From a virus (taxonomy: Duplodnaviria; Heunggongvirae; Uroviricota; Caudoviricetes): DNA of 64,000 bases. Below the pieces are notes generated by a model. The model did no database searches and was not told the origin of the DNA. It saw only the letters and a list, made by a program, of their open reading frames with translations. Both the position numbers and the translations under genes were made by a program. Positions 9,233 through 18,170 of this stretch are shown in pieces (position 1 is the first letter of the stretch; the number at the start of each line of letters is the position of its first letter). The stretch is taken from the IMG/VR virus record IMGVR_UViG_3300043436_001089; one strand, 5' to 3'.

Positions 9233-10249
9233 TCAGAATTTGCCGTTAGGATTCGCAGTTGGGGGTATGCCTGCTCTGTCAGTCAACCAAGAAAATGCTT
9301 TTGCATTCTTTTTGATACTGTCAGGTTTAATATCTACTGTTAATGCTGTCTTGAAACGAGGATCATTTTTCTCTTTTTCGCTTGGAATGTAACCACTAGC
9401 TTCACTTATTGATCCACGATATTGCCTATCTCGTTGACCACCGTATGGGTTTATGTCAGATGTTTTTTCTGAAGCATATTGCATTGTGTCTTCTTTTGCT
9501 ACAGGTAGTTCTTGAACCTTAACAGGGTCTTGATACATTGTTTCAAAACTTAAAAATTTGCTATGTAGCTTATCTCTTAGTACATACAATTTAGTAATAT
9601 ATCCCTGACTACGCAGTGCTTTGAATGCTAGATTCTCTGGACCAAACTCACCACCTTTATCTAGTCCTGCTTGACGATAACGTTTAATCGTCTTCAATAC
9701 TTTTTCAACTTTGTGCAGGTCTTTAGATAATAACGCTACTTCAACTACTTTTAGTAGTTTTTCATACTTTGCTTGTGTTGCAGTATGGTCAAAATTTGCT
9801 CTACGCTTAGTAGGTAATCTTAACCATTCATTGTGTAATATGCTGTATTCCCCTAAGCTAACTACAGGTTCATTAGCGTCTTGTACATATAACTCTACAG
9901 GCACCTTGTTTACAGTTATGTCGTGAGAATCATTGTATAACGTTTTCTTCGCATTAAACAATTCTTTATAGACTTCATCGTTGTTTAGTCCATTAGTATC
10001 TACTAAGATATGCAGGTCTAAGTCACTATGATTTGTATAGCTATAGGCTGCGTTTGATCCTGAAACTGTTATGTCTTTTACATCTAAGTCATCTACACCT
10101 AATTCTTCTAAGAAATCTTTCGCTATCAATATTAGTTGATCCTTGACCGCAGGCTTAAGACGGTGTCCTGTCCATAATGCAGGATTTAAATGATCGTGGA
10201 AAGTAACTGCGTCTGACAGTTTGAAGGAATCAAGCTCTTTTAAGTTCAT
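9233..10249 (-). CDS. Pol-beta-superfamily nucleotidyltransferase
   Basis: VSGSNAAYSYTNHSDLDLHILVD (GS..DxD) plus a downstream VELYV-D strand. Confidence 0.75.
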   Translation of the reverse strand: MNLKELDSFKLSDAVTFHDHLNPALWTGHRLKPAVKDQLILIAKDFLEELGVDDLDVKDITVSGSNAAYSYTNHSDLDLHILVDTNGLNNDEVYKELFNAKKTLYNDSHDITVNKVPVELYVQDANEPVVSLGEYSILHNEWLRLPTKRRANFDHTATQAKYEKLLKVVEVALLSKDLHKVEKVLKTIKRYRQAGLDKGGEFGPENLAFKALRSQGYITKLYVLRDKLHSKFLSFETMYQDPVKVQELPVAKEDTMQYASEKTSDINPYGGQRDRQYRGSISEASGYIPSEKEKNDPRFKTALTVDIKPDSIKKNAKAFSWLTDRAGIPPTANPNGKF

Positions 10250-10253
10250 TAAG

Positions 10254-10261
10254 TATTTATC
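10254..10261 (-). promoter_or_regulatory. T4-like late promoter GATAAATA, 4 nt upstream of ATG
   Basis: Resembles the T4 late -10 box TATAAATA; motif recurs upstream of many genes here. Confidence 0.65.
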
Positions 10262-10266
10262 AATAC

Positions 10267-10347
10267 TTACTTAGTTGGATGATTGTTTTCGGGGACAGGG
10301 TCTCTGCGTGGAGGGTACTTTGGGGGTTTGTGCTTATACCAAGACAT
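10267..10347 (-). CDS. 26-aa Pro-rich micro-ORF (MSWYKHKPPKYPPRRDPVPENNHPTK)
   Basis: Own TAAATA box (10368-10373) and AAAGGGAG RBS. Confidence 0.65.
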   Translation of the reverse strand: MSWYKHKPPKYPPRRDPVPENNHPTK

Positions 10348-10384
10348 AGTTGTATCTCCCTTTCTTTTATTTATGATAGTCATT

Positions 10385-10404
10385 AAAAAAGAGCCTTTCG
10401 GCCC
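10385..10404 (-). terminator. Rho-independent terminator downstream of pstS
   Basis: GGGCC-GAAA-GGCTC followed by T6 on minus strand. Confidence 0.75.
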
Positions 10405-10450
10405 TTAGTGCTAGTTACGAATTCTAGCCGTACTCTATTTTGTACGCGGT

Positions 10451-11458
10451 TTACTTAATTTGTGTCCAAACACGTTCACGGATCTGTTTAGTTAAACTAT
10501 CAGGTAATGCCACATAGTCTAAGTCGGCTGCATCTTTCTTACCATTCTTGAATGCCCAATCAAAGAACTTTAGTACTTCATCACTGTTGGCTTTGTTTGC
10601 AGGGTTCTTATACATGATGATAAAGCTTGCTGAACTTACAGGCCAAGCATTGGGATTCTTTTGATCTACAATACTCAATCCCATACCTGGGACTGAGAAC
10701 CAATCAGCACCGTCAGCGGCTGCGGCAAATGTTAAGTCATCTGGACTAACATACTTGCCTGACTTGTTTTGTAGTTGTAGGAATGTCATATTGTTCTTCT
10801 TAACATAAGCATACTCTACATAGCCAATTGAGCCTTTGATTCTGTTCACGTTGGCAGCAACACCTTCGTTGCCCTTGCCACCTACTGAACTAGCAGCCGG
10901 CCATTTCACTGCGGCACCACGACCCACACGCTGTAGCCACTCAGGGCTAACAGTAGCAAGATAGTCTGTCCAGTTGAATGTTGTACCACTTCCATCTGCA
11001 CGATGTACCACAGTAATTTCTGTATTAGGTAATGTCTTACCTGGATTGAGTGCTATTAGTTTAGGATCATTCCAACGATTGATGTTGCCCATGAACACTT
11101 CTGCCATAACCGGTCCAGTGATCTTTAGTTCACCGGGCTTAAATCCATCTAAGTTAACGACAGGAACTGTTCCGCCAATGATAGCAGGGAATTGAACCTG
11201 AGCCATCTTGTCTAAGTTCTCTCCAGTTACTGGAGCATCAGTTGCTCCAAAGTCTACTGTCTTTGCGTTAATTTGTCTAATGCCGCCGGATGATCCGATA
11301 CTTTGATAGTTCATACCAGTGCCCGTGGCTTTTTTATATCCTTCTGCCCACTTGGCATAGATTGGGAATGGGAAAGTCGCACCAGCGCCTGTTATGTCTG
11401 CGCTAAATGCGACCGTTGATATTAGTAATGCACCTACTAATGCTGTCAGTTTTTTCAT
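10451..11458 (-). CDS. pstS: Phosphate ABC transporter substrate-binding protein
   Basis: ITGAGATFP, YQSIGSSGG, DFGATD, HRADGSGTT, IGYVE motifs; start refined to MKKLTAL with AAGGAG RBS. Confidence 0.97.
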   Translation of the reverse strand: MKKLTALVGALLISTVAFSADITGAGATFPFPIYAKWAEGYKKATGTGMNYQSIGSSGGIRQINAKTVDFGATDAPVTGENLDKMAQVQFPAIIGGTVPVVNLDGFKPGELKITGPVMAEVFMGNINRWNDPKLIALNPGKTLPNTEITVVHRADGSGTTFNWTDYLATVSPEWLQRVGRGAAVKWPAASSVGGKGNEGVAANVNRIKGSIGYVEYAYVKKNNMTFLQLQNKSGKYVSPDDLTFAAAADGADWFSVPGMGLSIVDQKNPNAWPVSSASFIIMYKNPANKANSDEVLKFFDWAFKNGKKDAADLDYVALPDSLTKQIRERVWTQIK

Positions 11459-11509
11459 GTAATAGTCTCCTTGTGTGTTAGTATTACACAAGTATTTACT
11501 TCAGGAATT

Positions 11510-11538
11510 GTGACAATACGATGACAAACATGTGACTA
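11510..11538 (-). promoter_or_regulatory. Triple Pho box (PhoB site) upstream of pstS
   Basis: TAGTCAC-atgt-TTGTCAT-cgta-TTGTCAC with 11-bp period; matches the CTGTCA(T/C) half-site consensus. Confidence 0.85.
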
Positions 11539-11548
11539 TTTGCCCATT

Positions 11549-11570
11549 AAAAAAGCCCCTTTCGGGGCTA
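11549..11570 (-). terminator. Rho-independent terminator insulating pstS
   Basis: AGCCCC-GAAA-GGGGCT followed by a T-run. Confidence 0.85.
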
Positions 11571-11572
11571 AT

Positions 11573-12472
11573 TTATGTTGTCTTAATAGTAACGTTGCCG
11601 TTGCTATCAGGCTGGGGTTGCTGACTTGCTTGTGCAGCCTTTTGAGCTTGCTGTTCAACATACATAGGACCAACTGTACTCAATAGATGTTCTTGATTCT
11701 CCATACAGAATACATAAGATCCTGAATGACGCAATAGAATACGCTTGTCCATCCAAATCTTACCACCTAGATCACGCCAGTTTTCACAGAATGTCCAGTC
11801 TTCACTGTAGTAACGATTCTGACGAACTGCTGTGTCAAAGTAAGTCTTTAAGTGTTGGTCATACTTAGGATCTAAACCAATGTCATTCTTGTATGGCTTA
11901 ACTGCAGGGTGCTTGTTAAGCTTTTCAAATACATGCTTCTTCATTAATAAGAAACCTGTACCTGCTTTAGATACTTCTTGGAAGCCATCGGGGCCTTCTT
12001 CTGCGCCTTCAAATCCGTTGACAACCCATTTAATTGGCATTGTCTTCATTGGATACAATCCTGCACAAACATCTACGTCACGGTTCAATAGAACTAATAG
12101 ATGCCATGGCTCCCAACCAATGTCAGCGTCAACAAAGAACAAGTGAGTAGCATCAGGCATGTCCAAGAACTTTGCAGTTAGTGTATTACGTGCTCGGCTA
12201 ATCAATGATTCGTTGACCATTGTTTCTAATGTCCAATCAATACCAAGTTGACGGGCTGTGTTAGCCCACTTGATGAAAGACATGAATGTTGATTCTGTTA
12301 GCATACCGCCATAACATGGCATTGCGATATGAACTTTGGTTGTGCGTAAAAAGTCTACGTTGACTTGTACTTGACCTTGTTGTGGTGCAGCTTGTTGTGC
12401 TGCCTGTTCAGCGATTTCTTGTACCTTTTCTACTGGTACTGTTTTCTCTGCTTTTGGTTTCTTAGTTGCCAT
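11573..12472 (-). CDS. GT-A fold glycosyltransferase-like protein
   Basis: VHIAMPCYGG, ESLISRARN, LFFVDADIGW (DxD), YSEDWTFC. Confidence 0.75.
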   Translation of the reverse strand: MATKKPKAEKTVPVEKVQEIAEQAAQQAAPQQGQVQVNVDFLRTTKVHIAMPCYGGMLTESTFMSFIKWANTARQLGIDWTLETMVNESLISRARNTLTAKFLDMPDATHLFFVDADIGWEPWHLLVLLNRDVDVCAGLYPMKTMPIKWVVNGFEGAEEGPDGFQEVSKAGTGFLLMKKHVFEKLNKHPAVKPYKNDIGLDPKYDQHLKTYFDTAVRQNRYYSEDWTFCENWRDLGGKIWMDKRILLRHSGSYVFCMENQEHLLSTVGPMYVEQQAQKAAQASQQPQPDSNGNVTIKTT

Positions 12473-12523
12473 AAATTCCTCTTGTTAAGATAGTAATATT
12501 TACATCAAAACAAGGGGGTCAAA

Positions 12524-14602
12524 TTATTTTTCGTCTAGATAATCAGCACTTTCGGACACATTAGTTTTGCCTAATGCGGCGAGCATCGCACGTGCTACAA
12601 CACGATCCTTCTCTTTTTCTTCTTCTGGAAGTTGACTGTATGATTGCATTGCTAACTTAGCACGTTTCAACTTCTTTTCTTCCGGAGTAGGGGTATCTAA
12701 TTGTAGTTGACCTTTATAGTCTGCTGCCGCAGTAATGTTCCAACCTTTGTGAATAGCATCACTGATAGCTTCGATATCAGTTTCACCAGCATCAATTAGT
12801 TTCTTTGCGGCTTTAGCTGATTGTAGATTTGCCATCCAACCAAAGTTTGCACCCGGGGTAGAGCGACCATAATGATATGCATCGTCTAATGCCTTGTCGC
12901 TGATATGTGCTAACTGTTCGATTGACAGTCCCGCGCTTTCATAAGTAGGCATTGGTCTTTGTCCTGGGCGACCTTTAACTCCACGCTTCTCTGTGCTTGG
13001 TGGTTTTGTTGGCGGAACAATGTCGCCTTGATTTCTATATGGCTGCGGAGTCTTTTTAGGATTGCGTATGTGGATAGGAGCCTGTGCTACTACAATTGGA
13101 GCACCTTCCGCCACACCTTGCAATGAACTCAAAAAAGCACTCAATTCTTCTGCTCCACTACCCATCTTACCACTTTGATGTTTCCAATTAGAACCAATAC
13201 GAGCAATCTTATCACCATTATCATTTACATAAACACTACCGTTGTCTGTGTAATAATCGAAATTATTCAGTGTCCATATTAGATCATCCTTTGACTGAGA
13301 TCCTTCCGCCACACTTTGCTTTTGTCCCATATAATATGGACTGTTTAATAATTCTTTGAACCACGGCGTATCTTTGAATTCTTCAATCTCTGCTGTGCGT
13401 TTAGGATTGAAATAGAAACCCTTCATTGTACCTTGAATAGGCATTGCACCTTTAGGAACAACTATAACTTCTTCAAACTCATCACCTACTGTTTGTGTAC
13501 CTTGACTTGTGCCAAACATTTTGTAATGATTGGCAACTGCACTACGATCAAATACTATTATGACTGAGTTGCCTTCCTTAGTTAAATTCAAGAAATTAAC
13601 AAAATCGTCAGATTCAGCATATTGTTTTGACCTAGTTGTGCTTACTGTAGGCGACTGTGTTCTGGCTTTAGTTGCTTCTTGTGGTCTATAACTTGCTTTG
13701 ATCGCGCCGCTACGCAATATACGCATCATCCCACTAGGTTGAGTAGCGTGATAAAGATAGTTATCACCCACTGCCTCATCTAAGCCTTCCGCCACACCTT
13801 GACCTTTTAGTTGACGAGTAGCTGAATTTAACTGGCTCAAATTCACACTTCTTTCGCCCTCGTTGCCCCAAATTAGATCAACACTTAGTGGTCTGCCGTT
13901 TTTATAAAAATGCAACTCATTGCTAGTAGTTTTGAAATGATCCGCACCATAGTGACGCAATACCTTTACAGCATCATCCATTGGCAAAGTTTCTGCTACG
14001 CCTTCCGACACTTGTTCTTGCCCGCCCATACCTATGTCTAACATCTTAACAACGTTAGCGGCAAGTTTAGGATTCTTTTGTGTCACTGGATACAAACTCA
14101 TGACCATTGCAGTCTTGCGACGGTCGTCTAAGTTAGGCCATGCGTTACGAATCTCTGTAGCACTTTTAATGCCAGGACCAAACTCTACTGTAGGCAAGTA
14201 AGCAATGTATGCATGTTTGCTAAACGGTTGTAGATTCTTTCCTGTCCAGGGTTGAAAATATGCTGGACTCCCGTCCTTCTTTGTTCCACCTGGTTTAGGT
14301 TGCTCAGTCTTGTCTTTTTCGCTACGAACAAAGATTAGTACATCTTCGTTAGGATTATAGTTACTAGTAATTTCTTCTGCTTTGAATGGACTCTTAACTT
14401 GTACAAAATGTTGGTCGGCAACACCTGCTAGTCTTGCTAGTTTCTCTTTAATAGCAAAAGGAAACGGGCGTGTTTTCGTGTCATTAGTAGCGGCTACATA
14501 CGTATCAGCATTATCAAATGCTTTTAATGCACTTTGATATAATGCGGCATGTCCTGCGTGAAATGGATGAAAGCCTCCCGGCATAATGACAATATTTCTC
14601 AT
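12524..14602 (-). CDS. HIGH-family nucleotidyltransferase fused to cassette modules (ART-like, RyR domain)
   Basis: PGGFHPFHAGH HIGH motif; QGVAEG linkers; YHAT/STT/EFE motifs; HKGW...YSQLPEEEKEKDR. Confidence 0.75.
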   Translation of the reverse strand: MRNIVIMPGGFHPFHAGHAALYQSALKAFDNADTYVAATNDTKTRPFPFAIKEKLARLAGVADQHFVQVKSPFKAEEITSNYNPNEDVLIFVRSEKDKTEQPKPGGTKKDGSPAYFQPWTGKNLQPFSKHAYIAYLPTVEFGPGIKSATEIRNAWPNLDDRRKTAMVMSLYPVTQKNPKLAANVVKMLDIGMGGQEQVSEGVAETLPMDDAVKVLRHYGADHFKTTSNELHFYKNGRPLSVDLIWGNEGERSVNLSQLNSATRQLKGQGVAEGLDEAVGDNYLYHATQPSGMMRILRSGAIKASYRPQEATKARTQSPTVSTTRSKQYAESDDFVNFLNLTKEGNSVIIVFDRSAVANHYKMFGTSQGTQTVGDEFEEVIVVPKGAMPIQGTMKGFYFNPKRTAEIEEFKDTPWFKELLNSPYYMGQKQSVAEGSQSKDDLIWTLNNFDYYTDNGSVYVNDNGDKIARIGSNWKHQSGKMGSGAEELSAFLSSLQGVAEGAPIVVAQAPIHIRNPKKTPQPYRNQGDIVPPTKPPSTEKRGVKGRPGQRPMPTYESAGLSIEQLAHISDKALDDAYHYGRSTPGANFGWMANLQSAKAAKKLIDAGETDIEAISDAIHKGWNITAAADYKGQLQLDTPTPEEKKLKRAKLAMQSYSQLPEEEKEKDRVVARAMLAALGKTNVSESADYLDEK
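13104..14011 (-). repeat. Dispersed 17-nt in-frame repeat, array 2
   Basis: Exact at 13104-13120 and 13785-13801; 1 mismatch at 13302-13318; core GTGTCGGAAGG at 14001-14011; periods 198/483/216 nt. Confidence 0.93.
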
Positions 14603-14603
14603 G

Positions 14604-14990
14604 TTAATAACTTAATTTCACAAAGTTAACTCCGCCACCTTGAAAGTCAACGATTTTTGCTCGTAAGAAAACAAAGTTACCTTCTACGTTAGTATATACT
14701 GACGCATTTGATGCCAATTGAGGGGCGCTGTTCGATGTAGCATTTGCATTAGCTACTAGCTCATGTACTTTAAACCAGCTGTTAGCTAACGGTGGATTTG
14801 CTAGTGTTGCTTCTATAACTACATTACCTGTCAACTGAGTTACATTAATGTTGACAGTTTGTAGGTCTTTATTACCTAGATAGTAAGCGGCAGCAGGTTG
14901 ACTATTACCAGTCACTGTATAAGGAGCTCCGTTACCTGGATTTTGATAAGTCGTTTGTGGCAACAGTATCAATGTTGTTGTTTGGCTCAT
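14604..14990 (-). CDS. Hypothetical, beta-rich (possible virion protein)
   Basis: Operonic ORF; no motif recognised. Confidence 0.55.
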   Translation of the reverse strand: MSQTTTLILLPQTTYQNPGNGAPYTVTGNSQPAAAYYLGNKDLQTVNINVTQLTGNVVIEATLANPPLANSWFKVHELVANANATSNSAPQLASNASVYTNVEGNFVFLRAKIVDFQGGGVNFVKLSY

Positions 14991-15160
14991 GTTTTGACAA
15001 CCTCAATAACCTCAACTACTACACTATCACCAATTAATTCTTGGGCTACTTGTTCCAATGCCGCTTGGATATCAGGGCTAGTGATACTAGTTCCCTCATC
15101 ATTGTCTTTTACTATCTTGCTAAAAGAGATTATGATTGATTCTGTTACAATCTTTGCCAT
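14987..15160 (-). CDS. 57-aa hypothetical protein (MAKIVTESIIISFSKIVKD...)
   Basis: Not in the ORF track; GGAG RBS, TAAATA box at 15185-15190, ATGA overlap with next gene. Confidence 0.75.
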   Translation of the reverse strand: MAKIVTESIIISFSKIVKDNDEGTSITSPDIQAALEQVAQELIGDSVVVEVIEVVKT

Positions 15161-15195
15161 GGTAAATACTCCATTTTATTAGAGTATTTATCATT

Positions 15196-15921
15196 TCAAA
15201 CAATATCGGGACGCTTTTCTAATTTGTACTTTTTACCCAAGACTTCACCGTGCATCAGTGCTAGATAACTTAATGTACTTTCATCATCGTAGTCGATAAA
15301 GTGTGCAGAACTTAGATATCTAAATGACCAAATACCCCAACGCTTTGGGTCACGTTTTAACCATTCTTTTAATGCATTACTCGGATAAAGTTCTTTTTGT
15401 CTAGCTAACATAGATGTTAACTCTACATGAAAGTTATCTTCTACACGCTTGGATCTAAGATATACACGATACTTGTGTTTAGGTTCTTCTACGAAATGCT
15501 TAACACCTGCATACTGACTAGTTTGTACTTGCGTGTAATCGTAACTGTATTGTGTTCCGATTAATGGTGCTAAGTCATGTAGTACACTCAAATCATTGCT
15601 GAAAATTGCGACAGTCCCACTCTCAATACGTACTCCTAAGTCGTTATGTTTCTTCCTAGTAGTCTGAATAATAATGATTGCCTTCAAGGCTGCAAGATTA
15701 TCTATTACAGTCTGTAAATCACTTTTGCGGATATTACCGTAACCTTTAAATCTGCCCTGAATTTTAGTGTCTAGGTCTTCTGGTTTCTTACAGTACCATG
15801 TATATCTCACACAAGGGATTGCAACCCTCATGCGAAATTCATACTTGTTATAGTAGTTATCGTCCCGGTAATCGTAGAAATTGATACCGGGTACGTTGTC
15901 AACTGATTTCAATAATCCCAT
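15196..15921 (-). CDS. Hypothetical protein
   Basis: ORF; start refined to MGLLKS. Confidence 0.55.
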   Translation of the reverse strand: MGLLKSVDNVPGINFYDYRDDNYYNKYEFRMRVAIPCVRYTWYCKKPEDLDTKIQGRFKGYGNIRKSDLQTVIDNLAALKAIIIIQTTRKKHNDLGVRIESGTVAIFSNDLSVLHDLAPLIGTQYSYDYTQVQTSQYAGVKHFVEEPKHKYRVYLRSKRVEDNFHVELTSMLARQKELYPSNALKEWLKRDPKRWGIWSFRYLSSAHFIDYDDESTLSYLALMHGEVLGKKYKLEKRPDIV

Positions 15922-18163
15922 CTTCACCAACTCTTGCTGTAGATTTTTGAACAACGTTAAAATCAATTTCACCGTTAACTAGTACTGCATTAACTGTTGC
16001 ATTTTTGATTCGTTGGAATAGAATCTTCTTACTCAGTGGTACACGCAGTAGAGAATCAATTTTTCTTCCTAGTGGTCTTGCACCCATCTTCTTATCATAA
16101 CCTTGTTCTGCCAAATATTCAATGACAGGCTCAGACAATGACATAGTAATGTTATGCTTTTCAAACAGGCTCTTTTTCAAGTCATCAGTGAACTTAATAA
16201 CAATTTTCTTAATTGCTAGCATGTCAAGTTTGTTGAATTTGCAAATCAAGTCAAGACGGTTTCTGAATTCAGGCTTGAAGAATTCCTTCAAGGCTTTATC
16301 ATCTTCACCTGTCTTTTCAGTAGATCCAAAACCAATATTAGATCGTTCGCTATCAGCACTACCCAAGTTACTAGTCATGATAATGATAGTGTTCTTGCAA
16401 CTAACTTGTTTACCATTGCTACCTGTAATCTTACCTTCGTCAAGCATTTGCAAGAAGATGTTAAAGATATCAGGGTGTGCTTTTTCAACTTCATCAAACA
16501 ACATGATAGCGTGAGGGTTCTTACTCAAGTCGCTAATTAGTCGTCCGCCGCCTACTTGACTGTCACCAAAGCCAACATAACCAGGAGGAGGTCCGATCAG
16601 TGAGCTAACACTGTGCTTCTCTCCGTACTCACTCATGTCATACTTGAGCAATGGCATGTCAAGGTTCTTACTTAGCAACTTAGCAAGTTCAGTCTTACCT
16701 GTACCTGTTGGGCCTAAGAACAAGAAACTTGCAGTTGGCTTAGTTTCGTTACCGATGCCAGCGAATGAAACATATACACGTTCTAATACTTGTTGAACAG
16801 TTTCATCTTGACCGTACAGTTTACCCTTGATGTTTACTTCCAAGTTGTTAATCTTGTCGTAGTTGTCACCCGAGAGTTTATCAGCAGGAACACCTGTAAA
16901 CTTTTCAACTTGCTCAAACACAAGATCCTTAGTGATGACTGCACCTTCGTTACCAGCAACACGTTGTTTAGCACAAGCCGCATCAAGCAAGTCAATACTC
17001 TTGTCAGGATTCTTACGGTCGTGAATATAACGGGCAGAACTTTCAACTGCGGCTTTAATAGCTTCGTCTGTGATGTTAACATTGTGGAAGTCATTCAATC
17101 GTGCAGACAGTCCGGATAGAATACGAACAGTGCTATCTTGACTAGGTTCGTCAATAGATACACGATAGAATCTACGCATCAAAGCACGATCCTTCTCAAA
17201 CGATTCATAGTACTCTTCCCATGTAGTACTAGCGATAACTTTCAATGTGCCTTTGGTAATCGCAGGCTTAATCATGTTTGCAAAGTCTGGTCCACCACTG
17301 TTGCTTGAACCTGCACCTTGCATAGTATGTGCTTCGTCAATGAACAAGATAGATTTCTTCTTAGTGTTCAATGCTTCTAATACTGCCTTAACTTTTTCTT
17401 CAAAGTCACCTCGATACTTAGATCCAGCAAGCAATGATCCTACTTCAAGACTGTAGACTTCGTGACCCTTCAGGAACTCGGGGGCAGTACCATCTTCAAT
17501 CATACTAGCAAGACCTTCAGCGATAGCAGTCTTACCCACGCCCGGGTCACCAACCATCAATACGTTAGCTTTGAATCGTTTAGCAAGAACGTTAACGATA
17601 TCATCAAGTTCTTTTGCACGACCGATTAGTGGTTCAAGCTTGTTATCTTTTGCTAGTTTAGTGAGGTTAGTTGTGTATTCTTCAAGGATCTCGTCTGCTT
17701 GGTTATCAGTCAAGTTAGTAGAATAGTCTGAACCTTTATATGTCTTTTGCCAGTGTTGGACAAACTCATTCTTGTTAACACCATACTTCAACAGGAAGTA
17801 ATGTGCGTGACTGTTACCTTCACTTGCAATAGAAAGGTACAAGTCAATAGTCAATACTTGTCTACGACCAGTAAACAATACTTGTGTGACAGAACGGTTC
17901 ATAACACGTTCTAAACTATTAGTCTTACGAGGAACAACCGGATCTTCTTTGGATACGATTGCATGAAGATTGTTGATGTATGATTCAATTTCATCAGTCA
18001 TTGAATCAACGTCTGCACCGAAACTAGTCAAGCATTTCTTGAAAGGTGCATGTGTTACTAATGCGTACAATAGATGTTCAATTGTACAATACTGGTGTTT
18101 CTTTACTTTTGCAAACTCAATTGCCTGTTCAATAATTGATTCAATCTCTGGAGAATTATTCAT
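15899..18163 (-). CDS. clpA: ATP-dependent Clp protease ATP-binding subunit
   Basis: Clp N-domain; two AAA+ modules (GDPGVGKT, LFIDEAH; GPTGTGKT, LFDEVEKAH); IGF loop; no ClpB middle domain; start MNNSPE with AAGGA RBS. Confidence 0.95.
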   Translation of the reverse strand: MNNSPEIESIIEQAIEFAKVKKHQYCTIEHLLYALVTHAPFKKCLTSFGADVDSMTDEIESYINNLHAIVSKEDPVVPRKTNSLERVMNRSVTQVLFTGRRQVLTIDLYLSIASEGNSHAHYFLLKYGVNKNEFVQHWQKTYKGSDYSTNLTDNQADEILEEYTTNLTKLAKDNKLEPLIGRAKELDDIVNVLAKRFKANVLMVGDPGVGKTAIAEGLASMIEDGTAPEFLKGHEVYSLEVGSLLAGSKYRGDFEEKVKAVLEALNTKKKSILFIDEAHTMQGAGSSNSGGPDFANMIKPAITKGTLKVIASTTWEEYYESFEKDRALMRRFYRVSIDEPSQDSTVRILSGLSARLNDFHNVNITDEAIKAAVESSARYIHDRKNPDKSIDLLDAACAKQRVAGNEGAVITKDLVFEQVEKFTGVPADKLSGDNYDKINNLEVNIKGKLYGQDETVQQVLERVYVSFAGIGNETKPTASFLFLGPTGTGKTELAKLLSKNLDMPLLKYDMSEYGEKHSVSSLIGPPPGYVGFGDSQVGGGRLISDLSKNPHAIMLFDEVEKAHPDIFNIFLQMLDEGKITGSNGKQVSCKNTIIIMTSNLGSADSERSNIGFGSTEKTGEDDKALKEFFKPEFRNRLDLICKFNKLDMLAIKKIVIKFTDDLKKSLFEKHNITMSLSEPVIEYLAEQGYDKKMGARPLGRKIDSLLRVPLSKKILFQRIKNATVNAVLVNGEIDFNVVQKSTARVGEDGIIEIS

Positions 18164-18170
18164 AGTTTCC

